Below, one piece after another: positions 31,225 to 41,469 of a stretch of 64,000 nt of DNA. Position 1 is the stretch's first letter. Each line of letters starts with the position of its first letter. A program made the position numbers and the translations under genes. This DNA is from Oceanispirochaeta sp. Its GTDB lineage: Bacteria; Spirochaetota; Spirochaetia; DSM-2461. Under the pieces are notes generated by a model. It was not told the origin of the DNA. It did no database searches and was given only the letters and a program-made list of their open reading frames with translations. The stretch is taken from NCBI GenBank assembly GCA_963663385.2, contig CAXXXD010000002.1:256001-320000 (forward strand), written 5' to 3'.

Positions 31225-31962
31225 CTATTTCATGAACTGTACAAGCAGTTCATTGTATTTCCCGCCTGATTTAAGTCTTTCGAGAGTTTTGTTAACAGAG
31301 GCAAGCAGTTCCTTATCCCCTTTCCTGATCGCGATTCCATAGTATTCGGGATCAAAATCAAAGGAAAGGATTTCAAGATCGGGATTTTTATTGATGAAAC
31401 TCAGAGCGGGCTGCTGATCTATAATAAGGCAGTCTACCTTACCGTTTTTCAGCTCCATTACAGCTTCAAAGCCGGTATTGAATGCGGAGATATTTCCCTC
31501 TTCCGTATACTTGCTGGCCATATCATTTCCGGTTGTACCGAGCTGAACAGACATCTTTTTGTCCTTAAGGTCATCAATGGCTTTAATGGCGCTTTGTCCC
31601 TTCTTTACTATTACCGCCTGGGTTGCCTCGTAGTAGGGCTCGGAAAAGTTCACGCTTTCCGCTCTTTGGGGATTGATGGTCATCCCGGCAATAACAAAAT
31701 CGATCTTATCCGCGTTAAGAGCTGTCAGGAGTGTATCGAATTCCATATCCTCAATCTCAAGCTCCCTGCCCAGGTCCTTTGCAATTTCCCTGGCGATTTC
31801 CACATCAAATCCGACCACTTCATCACCGGTGGATCCTCCGATAAATTCAAAAGGAGGGAAGGCCGCATTGGTACCCATAACAATGGTATCTTTCTTTTTT
31901 GAACATCCGGCAAGGGCAATTGTAGAAATAATCAGGGCAATGATCAGTTTATTGAATTTCAT
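31225..31962 (-). CDS. Polar/basic amino acid ABC substrate-binding lipoprotein
   Basis: Lipobox LAGC, GTNAAFPPFE, GFDVEIA, VQLGTTG. Confidence 0.93.
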   Translation of the reverse strand: MKFNKLIIALIISTIALAGCSKKKDTIVMGTNAAFPPFEFIGGSTGDEVVGFDVEIAREIAKDLGRELEIEDMEFDTLLTALNADKIDFVIAGMTINPQRAESVNFSEPYYEATQAVIVKKGQSAIKAIDDLKDKKMSVQLGTTGNDMASKYTEEGNISAFNTGFEAVMELKNGKVDCLIIDQQPALSFINKNPDLEILSFDFDPEYYGIAIRKGDKELLASVNKTLERLKSGGKYNELLVQFMK

Positions 31963-32008
31963 TTTGTATCTCCGCTTTTCGTTTTTTTTCGGTCATACTA
32001 TGGGGAAA

Positions 32009-32047
32009 TATGCATAAAAAGTCAATAAAAATGAATATTTATCTATG
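32009..32047. promoter_or_regulatory. Tandem ARG-box-like sites
   Basis: TATGCATAAAAAGTCAAT + 3 bp + AATGAATATTTATCTATG upstream of the amino acid ABC operon. Confidence 0.5.
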
Positions 32048-32202
32048 AATTGTCTGTTTTAAAGGGTTTGATACATCGATTTTCGATATTTATACTTTGT
32101 TTTGACAGGGGGTAGAAAGAAAAATGACAACTTTCATCGTACAGGGTTAATCGGGTGGGGGACTACGGAGCGAATTCGAAGAAGCCAATCCAATAAGTCT
32201 GC

Positions 32203-32931
32203 TTACAGAATACACTTATTCCAAAAAAAGGCTTCCCCGTCAAACCTGTCCGCCTGAAAAGCATAAATCGCTTTTTCCTTCTGTATCCCGGTGGACTTCA
32301 TCCAGGCCAGGGCAAGAGGATACCGGGGAAAGGTATACAGCAGGAAATCCCGGTTTAATGTAATAGAGGGGTTTTTCAGACCGGCGGCAATTCCCTCCCC
32401 CGAAGCCTTGAGACAAGCTTCCTTTAAAGTCCACATCCGGAAGAAATATCTCATCCGTTCTTTTTCGGTTGGCAGGACGGAAAAATGCCTGGATTCGTCC
32501 GGAGTCAAGGTTTGGGCGGCCAGTTCGGCAACCGGTTTATCCGGATCAAAAAGCTCTATATCAACTCCCAGTTCTGTTTCTTTTCCTATGGCCAGAGCAG
32601 TATGGCTGCCGCTGCGGGAAAGATTGAACGTTACATCTGTGAACCCAGGCAGAAAAGGTTTTCCTTTTACGGATCTCCCGAAAGAAACTTCCGAAGGTGC
32701 CATCCCGGTATAGCAGCCGAGGAGGGATCTCATCATCAGTCTGGAATACAGGTAGCTTTTCCGGAGATGTTCATAGCGGTATTTCCGGAGTTGAAGTTTC
32801 TCTTCCCGGCTGAGCCAGTGCAGGGGAACGCTGTTCAACTCCTTCTGGAGTGCTTCGGCATCCGCCAGAAACAGCAGGATGCGGGAAGAGGATAGTTCAG
32901 GTAGACCGGAACAGGCCCTGCGATGAATCAA
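32203..32931 (-). CDS. Sfp-type 4'-phosphopantetheinyl transferase
   Basis: GKPFL, FNLSRS, LGVDIE and WTLKEACLKASGEG motifs. Confidence 0.92.
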   Translation of the reverse strand: MIHRRACSGLPELSSSRILLFLADAEALQKELNSVPLHWLSREEKLQLRKYRYEHLRKSYLYSRLMMRSLLGCYTGMAPSEVSFGRSVKGKPFLPGFTDVTFNLSRSGSHTALAIGKETELGVDIELFDPDKPVAELAAQTLTPDESRHFSVLPTEKERMRYFFRMWTLKEACLKASGEGIAAGLKNPSITLNRDFLLYTFPRYPLALAWMKSTGIQKEKAIYAFQADRFDGEAFFWNKCIL

Positions 32932-33653
32932 GAGTCCTGTCTGGCCAGTTTTTCTTCCAGAATATTCAGCAGATGTTCCGGCTTAAAAGGCTTGGATAGA
33001 ATCCCGGTGACTTTCAGTGAACGGAGCTGACTGATAGCCTCTTCTTCTTCATCGCAATAAGCCGATATGATGATGGTGGGTACAATCCGGTTCATTTCTT
33101 TCAGTTTCAGATAGACTTCAAGCCCCGACATGATAGGCAGTCGGAGATCCAGAAGAAGAAGATCCACCTCTCTGTTCATCATTTCATTTATGGCGTCTTC
33201 TCCATTGTAGGCTGTGCATATGGAGTAACCGGCGGTTGTCAGAATTTCCTCAACGGATTCCACAAAGGAGGGATTGTCATCCACTACCAGAACGATACCG
33301 TCGGGTTTTACCTCCTCTACCAGAGAAAGGACCTCTTCCATTTCAAAGGGTTTGTGCATAACCTTAAGGGCGCCGTGGTCGATGGCCTGCTGGATAAGTT
33401 CTTCCATGCGGTAGCCGGTCATGATGACGACCTTGCAATCCGGCTGAATCTTCTCCATTTCCATAAAACAGTCAACACCGTTCATTCCGGGGAGTTTCAC
33501 ATCCAGAAAAGCTATATCATATTTATTTTTTCTGAAAATTTCTAAAGCGCTTTCCGCATCGTAAACAGTATCTACCAGGTAATCTTCCATTTCCAGAGCA
33601 TCGCAGATACTGTCTGCCAGATCCACGTTATCATCGACAACCAAAATTCTCAT
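32928..33653 (-). CDS. Tandem REC-REC response regulator with no output domain
   Basis: Two receiver domains (FLDVKLPGMNG; LLDLRLPIMSG), each ending in KPF. Confidence 0.9.
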   Translation of the reverse strand: MRILVVDDNVDLADSICDALEMEDYLVDTVYDAESALEIFRKNKYDIAFLDVKLPGMNGVDCFMEMEKIQPDCKVVIMTGYRMEELIQQAIDHGALKVMHKPFEMEEVLSLVEEVKPDGIVLVVDDNPSFVESVEEILTTAGYSICTAYNGEDAINEMMNREVDLLLLDLRLPIMSGLEVYLKLKEMNRIVPTIIISAYCDEEEEAISQLRSLKVTGILSKPFKPEHLLNILEEKLARQDS

Positions 33654-33796
33654 TTTTTTAACCTTAAATTTCTTTTTAGCTGAATTCCTATTTATTTTAT
33701 GGCTATTTTACCGCTAAATACCCGAGTTATCAAGAAGAATGAAGAATGTTATCAATGGATTATTAATCAGATTTCAGGTGTTTACTGAATAATGAT

Positions 33797-34536
33797 TTAT
33801 ACTATTATGCTATGGACTCCGTAAAGAAGAATATATTGATTCTGGATGAAAACAGGGGATTCGCCCATACTTTGAAGGAGGCTGTTCAGAATATGCTCTT
33901 TAACTGCTCTGTTGCTGTGGTTGGCATACATAAAATCCAGAAAGCTGCTGAAATCCCGGACTTCCAGGGGGTACCCGGCTTCTGTAATTAAAGTACCCAT
34001 TTTATTGATGCTTATGGTATGGGGGTTGATTATATGGTGTATTTCGTTTTCCAGTTCCTTTCTGTCAAAAAGCAGAACAACCGCTTTGCTGGAGTAATCC
34101 ACATAGGAAAAATCCAGGGGCCTGTGCTTGATCTTCGGGTAGGAACCGAGCTTTATATAGGATTTCACTGAAGTGTAGAAGGCGTTTTCATGGATGTTTT
34201 TCTGAAATTTCCCGTTTCCCTGTTGAAAACCAGATCTCCCGTACGGAGAACGATTCTGTCCGGAAAGTCATTAAACAGGTCCCTGTCAAAGTAAAATTCC
34301 AATTGCCTGCGGAGACGGTTTTCCGCTTCATCCGCAGATACCCTTCTGACAAGGGGGTGGATCGCGGCATCGGTTTCTTCCAGAAGATCCCTTAGTATAT
34401 GGCATCCCAGATACCCGGTCGCCCCGGTCAGCAGAATATGCCGGTATTTGACCCGCGAGGACAAATCCATCATAAGGTACCGGCTGTTTTTACGGGTATA
34501 CCGTTCCATCTCGCCCATAATGGACGTTAAATCCAC
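33797..34536 (-). pseudogene. NRPS terminal thioester-reductase (R) domain remnant
   Basis: ILLTGATGYLG Rossmann motif; jump from FPDRIVL to RTGDLVF with no YxxxK catalytic motif; frameshift before KSYIKLG..LDFSYVD. Confidence 0.8.
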
Positions 34537-35186
34537 CCTGGAGTTGTCTTCTGCCCCTCTTTTATTCCCGGCAGAGCTGTCCGGGCTTCCCAGTCCTCCA
34601 GATACTCCTTCCAGTAGAGGGACGATGCTTCATGGTCTCTCTCATCCCTCCACTGGAGGAATTTGTAATAATCCCCCCGGATGGGGGACGAATCACCCGA
34701 AAACATCTCCTTCAAAAAAATTCCCAGGCACCAGCCGTCCAGCAGGATGTGGTGAAAGCTGAAGAAAATCCGGTGTTTTGAATCTTCCTCCCGGAGTACT
34801 CTCAGCCGGCAGGGGGGACGTTCCGTCAGGGTAAAAGGAGTGTTCCGGTCTTCTTCCCTGTACCGGTTGATATATTCCCTCTTCTCAGAGCCGGTCAGAT
34901 GGGAGATGTCCCGGTATTCCACCGGATTGTCTGTTTTTTCCAGTACTACCTGCCTGGGATGGCGCATCCCTTCATAAGGGAAAATGGTCCTGAGTATTTC
35001 ATGCCTGTCAAGGAGTCCCTGCCACCTGGATTCAAAGAGATTCTGATCAAAACTGCCCGACAGGGTGAAACCGAGCTGTTCAAAGTAGGTCCCCGTCGAG
35101 GGATTTCGCATATGGGCCAGCAGCATCCCCTCCTGCAGGGGCGTAAGAGGACAGACCCGGACCGCTTCGTGGGGCAGCCGTTCCAT
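34527..35186 (-). pseudogene. Truncated NRPS condensation domain (post-E, DCL position)
   Basis: PLTPLQEGM, RHEILRT, HHILLDGW; ends after YWKEYL. Confidence 0.88.
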
Positions 35187-36135
35187 CTACTGTTCGGTCA
35201 GAGAGCTGTCTCCGTAGTCCCAGGGGGTTCTGCAGGTCACCTTCCTCTTTCTGCAGTGCCGGATTATCTCATAAAGCCGGGTTTTGTATTGCTCAGCCAG
35301 TTCCCTGATTGTCACCTCGTTAAATCTCCGGCTGTTGTAAGCGAAAATCAGACGGAGCGACCCTGATTCCACCAGACCGTTTATATCCAGTGCATAGGGA
35401 AAGGGGCAGTCCGGGGCCATGGACAATTCCAGTCCGGTGAGTTCGTTGAACACGCCCAGGTAATTGAAACTGACCTCCGGCGTTTTGTTCAGATGGGGAA
35501 ATCCGGATTTTTCCGGGTTTGTCAGGTAGCGTATTATCCCGTATCCGATGCCTTTACGGGGAATCTTCCGCAGGGTCTCCTTGATAGCAGGGATCTGCCG
35601 GGACAAATCCGCCCCTTTTTCTCCTTCAAGCAGCACGGGGTAGCTGCTGGTGAACCAGCCGACCGACCGGGAAGTGTCTCTGCCGTCGCCCGGATCTTCC
35701 CTGCCGTGCCCTTCCAGATTCAGATAGAGGGGCGTTCCGTTGTTCCACTGAGTAAAGGCCCGGGACAAAGCGCAGAGGAGCAGGTCGTTTATTTCGGTGT
35801 TGTAGGCATGATGGCAGTCGTTCAGCAGAGAAGCTGTTTTACTGATGTCAAGGTTAATCTCCCACTGGGCCATTTCCCCTCTGGTGCAGGGGCCTGCCGG
35901 CCTGTCTTCCCTGAGGGCGGGAAGGGGGGCTTTCTCCAGTTTTTCCCAGTAGGGGAGTTCCCGGCGGAACAGATGGGATGACGCGTATTCCTCCAGGGCC
36001 GGGGCCCATTGGTTGAAGGGTGCGGTCTTCGGCGGGAGAATCGATAGTCACCTTCTGGTTCCAGTGATGGGGACTGGGAAAGTTCTGTTCGAAAAACCAC
36101 TTCTGGATGGGGGTGAGGGGGGCCGGACCGGTCAC
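35187..36135 (-). pseudogene. Fragmented NRPS epimerization domain
   Basis: PLTPIQKWFF, LPPKT..W, EGHGRE, RSVGWFTSSYP, PRKGIGYG and FNYLG in three frames; catalytic HHxxxD segment absent. Confidence 0.88.
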
Positions 36136-36715
36136 TGGTTTGTCCGATGCGGTTTCGGCAGGGCCTTGCGGTCCACTTTGCCGTTAGCCGTCAGGGGGAG
36201 GGCGTCCAGGAAAACAAAACAGGAGGGGACCATATAGTCCGGCAGCTCTGCGGCCAGATGCTTCTCAAGATCGTCCCGGGTTACTTCCCCGCTGCTCACC
36301 ACATAGGCGCAGAGGCTTTTTCCTGTTTTCTCCTCTACAGCTTCAACAACCGTTTCCCGTACTCCCGCAACCCCCGCCAGAGTGGACTCTATTTCGCCGG
36401 GTTCTATCCGGTAACCGCGGATCTTTACCTGTTGATCGATCCGTCCCAGAAACTCTAAATTCCCGTCGGGCAGCCAGCGGGCCAGATCCCCGGTTCGGTA
36501 GATCCTCTCTCCCGGGCGGAAGGGATCGGGAATGAATTTTTCAGCGGTCAGTTCCGGTCTGTTCAGATACCCCCGGGCGACTCCGGCGCCGCCGATGCAG
36601 ATTTCTCCGGGAACTCCCAGGGGCAGGAGCCTCTGGCTGGAATCGAGGATATAGATGCGGGTGTTGGCTATGGGGGCGCCTATGGAAATCCCGTTTTTCG
36701 TACTTTCCAGGGAAC
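36133..36715 (-). pseudogene. C-terminal part of an NRPS adenylation domain (not in the ORF track)
   Basis: Manual translation gives IGAPIANTRIYILD, GEICIGGAGVARGYL, YRTGDL, GRIDQQVKIRGYRIEPGEIE, LPDYMVP and NGKVDRKAL. Confidence 0.92.
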
Positions 36716-37984
36716 AGCTGGCTGACTTTTTTTTTCAGGATAATTGATACCATTTTTAACGAGTGTAATTAGTGAATTATATAGGGATTGAATATCTTCC
36801 GGTTGAAATAGATCCGATTGATAATCAATTTCCCATTTTGGGCGTTCCGATCCTTCTCTTTCAACCAGATGAATAACTAAGGGAAAAGATTCCAAGCCAT
36901 TGAAATGCCAATGATTATTTATACTTACCGGCTTATTTTCATAAGAGAATATGACTTTAAATAGATTTTGCTTAAAATTCTGATCACTTCTAATATCTTC
37001 CATTAATAAGTTGAAAGGATATTTCTGATTCCTGAAAAGGCTGATGAAATCACGGGAAACCTGTTTTATAATTTCCTGAAAAGTGTCACATGCTGTCATT
37101 TTTTGTCGGTAGGGAAGAAGGTTGACAAACATTCCGGCAGTTTGTTTTTCCGCCGATCCGGTTCTGTTGTGGGTAGGTGTCCCTATAATAAAATCCTCTT
37201 GTCCGGTTATCCGGAAAATATAAATGCTCAATACTGAGAAAAAAAGGGTGAATAGTGATATTTTTTGTTCCTGACAAAAGGTATTGAGGTTCCCAGTAAA
37301 ATCAGATGGTAGATATTTAACGAACCGCTCGGCCTGTTTCACACCGGAATAATTTTCCAAAGTCGGATAATTTAATGGTTCAGGCAGATTGAGGAGATAG
37401 TCTCTCCAGAAAATTCTATTCATTTCAAATCGTTTGGATTTCAGGTATTCTTTTTCATTTTTTATAAAGGACAGGTAGGATGGAAAGTCCTGAGTTGATA
37501 ATCCTTCATCTTTATTGAGCTTTTCATAAAAAGTTTTAACACGATCTCCCAATATGCCATTAGTCCACCCATCACAAATAATATGATGGCAATTTATAAG
37601 AAATCCTTCATCTCCATTGCTGTAACGGATCATATAAAAGCGGTAAAGATTTGAATTAATCAAATTGAATGGAGAGCTCGTTTCTTTTTTTATCCACTTA
37701 TCTTCCTTTTTCTCTCCACCCTTTTTCGAGAAATCAAATAGCGGGACTGTGAAGGGGATATAATTGTTTATTTTCTGAACGGGCTCTCCATTAATTTCCA
37801 TAAATGTAAGCCGTAGGCCATCACTGACTTGAACTAAATAATTTATAGCTTTGTTAAGTAAATCAAAATCAACTGAATACTCAAATCTGAAAGTAACAGA
37901 TATGTTATAGAGATTTGTTCCCGGATACAATTTTTCAGAAAACCATATTCTTTTTTGAGGATGTGTCAGGGACGTTTTTAACAT
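36680..37984 (-). CDS. NRPS N-terminal (starter-type) condensation domain, now a stand-alone ORF of a broken NRPS
   Basis: LTHPQKRIWFSEKLYPGT, HHIICDGW, GMFVNLLP, QKYPF; frame lost at a 9-A run near 36727-36735. Confidence 0.88.
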   Translation of the reverse strand: MLKTSLTHPQKRIWFSEKLYPGTNLYNISVTFRFEYSVDFDLLNKAINYLVQVSDGLRLTFMEINGEPVQKINNYIPFTVPLFDFSKKGGEKKEDKWIKKETSSPFNLINSNLYRFYMIRYSNGDEGFLINCHHIICDGWTNGILGDRVKTFYEKLNKDEGLSTQDFPSYLSFIKNEKEYLKSKRFEMNRIFWRDYLLNLPEPLNYPTLENYSGVKQAERFVKYLPSDFTGNLNTFCQEQKISLFTLFFSVLSIYIFRITGQEDFIIGTPTHNRTGSAEKQTAGMFVNLLPYRQKMTACDTFQEIIKQVSRDFISLFRNQKYPFNLLMEDIRSDQNFKQNLFKVIFSYENKPVSINNHWHFNGLESFPLVIHLVEREGSERPKWEIDYQSDLFQPEDIQSLYNSLITLVKNGINYPEKKSQPAVPWKVRKTGFP

Positions 37985-38133
37985 TGTAAGTTATTCCTTT
38001 ATCAGTGATTACTTTCGTTGTACCTTTGAAGACTCTAGTTTTGTGAAGAATAAATATGAGTTGACAGTGGGTATTTATTGAATTAATCTGCGATAGTATG
38101 TTCATTTCTTGTTGAAAATATGGAGGCACTTTG

Positions 38134-39009
38134 ATGAAAGGTTATTTATTAAAAGGATTTACTGGATTTATTTTTTTTGCCTTAGTTTTAAATTTCACAG
38201 GATGCAACCGTAAAACTAATGTCACTGTTGAAACAGTATCAGATAATCTGGTTGAAGTAGAAAAACCCTTAGAACAAGTTCCCGGTAATCAAAGTCAAAA
38301 CCCATTGTTGGCTATTTTCCCTGAAGATGAGTTGATTTTAGCTGTCAGATCCGATTATGAGCCATTTATGTGGTTGGATTCAAATGGTGAACTTACAGGC
38401 TGGCTGGTAGATGTTGAAAGAACAATTTGGGACGAATTAGGTCAATCATATAGGATGGTTCCATACGATGATGTTGGTAAAATGGGGCAGGATGTAAAAT
38501 CCGGTGTTGCTCATGCTGCTCTTGCAGTTCCTTATACTCCTGATTATGAAAAGATTTTTAATTTAGGAGAACCCTGGATCTTTATGGACCTGATGGTTTT
38601 TGTAAGACAGGAAACAGACAGTATTGGAGGTGATACTTCTGAAGAGTGTATTGAGTCCCTTTTTGGAAAAAAAGTGGGGGTACAGGTAAGGGGAATTGAG
38701 TACAATTTATTAAGGGAATACAAGGATATTGAACTGCAGGAATATGAGACTGGAACTGTAGCTATCCGTAAATTGGCCGAAGGCTCTGTTGATGCTAAGC
38801 TTGAACTGATGCAGCCTGCTCTTTATCAGGTAAAAAATGAAAATCTTAAGATAAAGCCGGTCGGGGTTCCTTTGATGACTGTACAAGGCTCCCTGGGGTT
38901 CTACAAAGGATTGGATCCGGAAATCGTCGACAGGTATAATGCCGCTTTAAAATCCATTCGGGAAAATGGAACATTCGACCGGATCTATAAAAAATGGTTT
39001 GGCGAGTAA
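38134..39009 (+). CDS. Family-3 (amino acid type) substrate-binding lipoprotein with no adjacent transporter
   Basis: Lipobox FTGC, DYEPFMW, GKKVGVQ, ENGTFDRIYKKWFG. Confidence 0.85.
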   Translation: MKGYLLKGFTGFIFFALVLNFTGCNRKTNVTVETVSDNLVEVEKPLEQVPGNQSQNPLLAIFPEDELILAVRSDYEPFMWLDSNGELTGWLVDVERTIWDELGQSYRMVPYDDVGKMGQDVKSGVAHAALAVPYTPDYEKIFNLGEPWIFMDLMVFVRQETDSIGGDTSEECIESLFGKKVGVQVRGIEYNLLREYKDIELQEYETGTVAIRKLAEGSVDAKLELMQPALYQVKNENLKIKPVGVPLMTVQGSLGFYKGLDPEIVDRYNAALKSIRENGTFDRIYKKWFGE

Positions 39010-39199
39010 GTATGAATTACTAAGGGTATCTGTATTGTCCAGATTATCTCATTTTGTATATAGGTTACTTATAAAGTATTATACTGAAAATGGATAATTG
39101 TTTTCTGGCAGGGAATTTCCCGTTTTGTGATTAATACAATTCCTGTTTATCAATTCATTGACAGGTCATATTTATTCAAGTAATCTTTACTGGCATTAT

Positions 39200-41467
39200 A
39201 TGAAAATCAGAACAAAAACCATTATAAGTATAACCGGGTCATTTTTACTGCTTTCGTTCGGTTTGGGAATTACCTACTATTCTGTATCTGCCAAACGGCT
39301 GCGGATGGAATCTGAAAAAAAACTGAACCTGATGAGTCAGAGTTATGCCACTCAGATCAACCTCACTCTGAATAACTATTCACGGGTAGTCCGGGATTAT
39401 GCCGCCCAGGTACTGGTTACCACCTATATACCGGACCTGTTTAAGGAAAGCAAACGGGTCTACCCGGAATTCAATCAGTTTTTTTATACATCACTGGAAG
39501 GAAAAGTTTCGGAAATCTATCCCTATGAACAGACATGGATGGCTGAGGATTTCTCCAAACTGTCCTTCTGGAAAAATGCCAGGGAGAAGCAGAAGCTTGT
39601 TCTGCAGGTGGACTACAGTACTTTCGGTAAACCTGTCCTGGTTTTTTCCCTCCCCATAGTTTCCTACTTTCTGGCCGAATCCGAACCGAATCTCCACGGC
39701 ATCCTGATAGCGACCCTACCGCTGGAATCCCTGATGGTGCAATATGGTCAAATTTCTATTGGTTCAACCGGCAGTCTGATCGTCCTGGATGACAGGATGA
39801 ATATTCTGAGTCACTCACTCTCTTCCGAGTCGGAAGGGTTGTCTTTTGAAGCGTGGGGGGGAGAAGGTGTTCTGGACATAATCCCCTGGCTGGAGGACGG
39901 CTATATGGGTACGGCAGACTTTTCCCGGGGAAAACAGAGGTATTTCACATCTTTTTATCCAATCAAAACCACCGGGTGGTCCCTGCTGCTCGTTCAGTCT
40001 GTAAATGAATTGAGTCAGAATATGCGGAGTGTGGTTATCCTGATTTTTGCTTCTTTTCTGGTCAGTATAATGCTGGCCTCCCTTATAACAACCTATCTTA
40101 TGAGCCGGATAACCAGGCCTCTGAATGACAATCTTCAGGTTCTGAAGGATATCGCGGAAGGCAGCGGCGAGTTCAAGGGAATGAAAAAAATAAGTTCCCA
40201 TGACGAATTTGAAGAACTGTCCGACTATTTCAGAAAAATCTTTGCCAGAATGGATGAAGTGGCACAAAACCTGAATGTGGATCTCCAGAAGGAACGGTGG
40301 GAGAAGAATATAACCATGAACGCCCTGGAGGATACCCAGAGGCGCTTCAAGGCAATATTCGACAACACATTCCAGCTGATGTTTCTGATCAACCCCGCAG
40401 GATTAATAATAGAAGTGAACCAGTCGCTTTTATCCTTCCAGGGGGAAAAACGGGATAATCTTGTCAACACCCCATTCCGGGACGCTGACTGGTGGGACGG
40501 CGAGGATGATAAAAAGATGGTAAGGCAGTTTGTAACTCAAAGCCTGGAAGGCACATTCTGCCGGCATGAATTCCTGTTACGTGGAAAAAACGGAAATCAT
40601 ACTTTTGATTTTACCTTTAAACCGATCCTGAATGATGACGGTACGGCGGCCATGCTGATTGTTGAAGGCCGGGATATTACAGTCAGAAAGGTTATGGAAA
40701 AGGAGCTGGAAGCCCACAGGAACCGTCTGAAGGAAATGGTTGAGGAAAAAACAGCCGAGTTGAATGAAGCCCATAAAGAGCTGATTAAGCAGAGCAAGCT
40801 GGCAACCCTGGGTAAACTGACTGCTGTCGTCAGCCATGAAATCCGGAATCCCCTGGCAACGATCCGCAGTTCATCTTTTGTGTTAAAAAGGAAAATCAGG
40901 AGAGAAGACGAAAAGATCCAGAATGTTCTGCAGAGGATAGAACGGAATGTTATCCGCTGCGATACAATTATAGAAGATCTTCTGAGTTATACCAGAGAAA
41001 CCAAACTTGATATAAAAAATGTAAATGTTGATGAGTGGCTCCTGACTTTCAAGGAATATTTTGATTCAAACGAACAGGGCGCTGATGTCGCATTCCAGCT
41101 GGGTTCCGGCGCGGTCTCCCATTTGGATACGGAAAGATTCAGAAGGGTTATAATCAATCTGGTTAGCAATGCTGTCCAGGCCGTTGACCAGAAGGACTAC
41201 GGCAAGGATGCAAAACCTGAAGTCATTGTCCGGACAGAAAAAGTCGGTGAAAATGTTTTTATTCATATCAAGGATAACGGTTCAGGTATTTCGGAAGAAA
41301 ACTGTGCAAAAATATTCGAACCCTTATTCAGTACAAAGAGTTTCGGGATCGGGTTGGGACTGCCTATTGTGAAGCAGCTGATTGAAAAGCATGACGGCGT
41401 CTTGTCATTTAAATCTGAGGTGGGAATCGGGACAACCTTTACCATCTCTTTACCGGTGGCTGAGTAG
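39200..41467 (+). CDS. Sensor histidine kinase (Cache-like periplasmic domain, HAMP, PAS, HisKA, HATPase)
   Basis: Two TMs flanking the sensor, HAMP (ITRPL..DEFEEL), PAS ending GRDIT, SHEIRNPL, GIGLGL; start moved to ATG 39200. Confidence 0.9.
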   Translation: MKIRTKTIISITGSFLLLSFGLGITYYSVSAKRLRMESEKKLNLMSQSYATQINLTLNNYSRVVRDYAAQVLVTTYIPDLFKESKRVYPEFNQFFYTSLEGKVSEIYPYEQTWMAEDFSKLSFWKNAREKQKLVLQVDYSTFGKPVLVFSLPIVSYFLAESEPNLHGILIATLPLESLMVQYGQISIGSTGSLIVLDDRMNILSHSLSSESEGLSFEAWGGEGVLDIIPWLEDGYMGTADFSRGKQRYFTSFYPIKTTGWSLLLVQSVNELSQNMRSVVILIFASFLVSIMLASLITTYLMSRITRPLNDNLQVLKDIAEGSGEFKGMKKISSHDEFEELSDYFRKIFARMDEVAQNLNVDLQKERWEKNITMNALEDTQRRFKAIFDNTFQLMFLINPAGLIIEVNQSLLSFQGEKRDNLVNTPFRDADWWDGEDDKKMVRQFVTQSLEGTFCRHEFLLRGKNGNHTFDFTFKPILNDDGTAAMLIVEGRDITVRKVMEKELEAHRNRLKEMVEEKTAELNEAHKELIKQSKLATLGKLTAVVSHEIRNPLATIRSSSFVLKRKIRREDEKIQNVLQRIERNVIRCDTIIEDLLSYTRETKLDIKNVNVDEWLLTFKEYFDSNEQGADVAFQLGSGAVSHLDTERFRRVIINLVSNAVQAVDQKDYGKDAKPEVIVRTEKVGENVFIHIKDNGSGISEENCAKIFEPLFSTKSFGIGLGLPIVKQLIEKHDGVLSFKSEVGIGTTFTISLPVAE

Positions 41468-41469
41468 GT

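Noticed and set aside
36727..36735. 9-A run as a phase-variation or programmed frameshift switch for the NRPS
   Set aside because: Restoring the frame would not rescue the gene because motifs A1-A5 and the carrier domains are deleted
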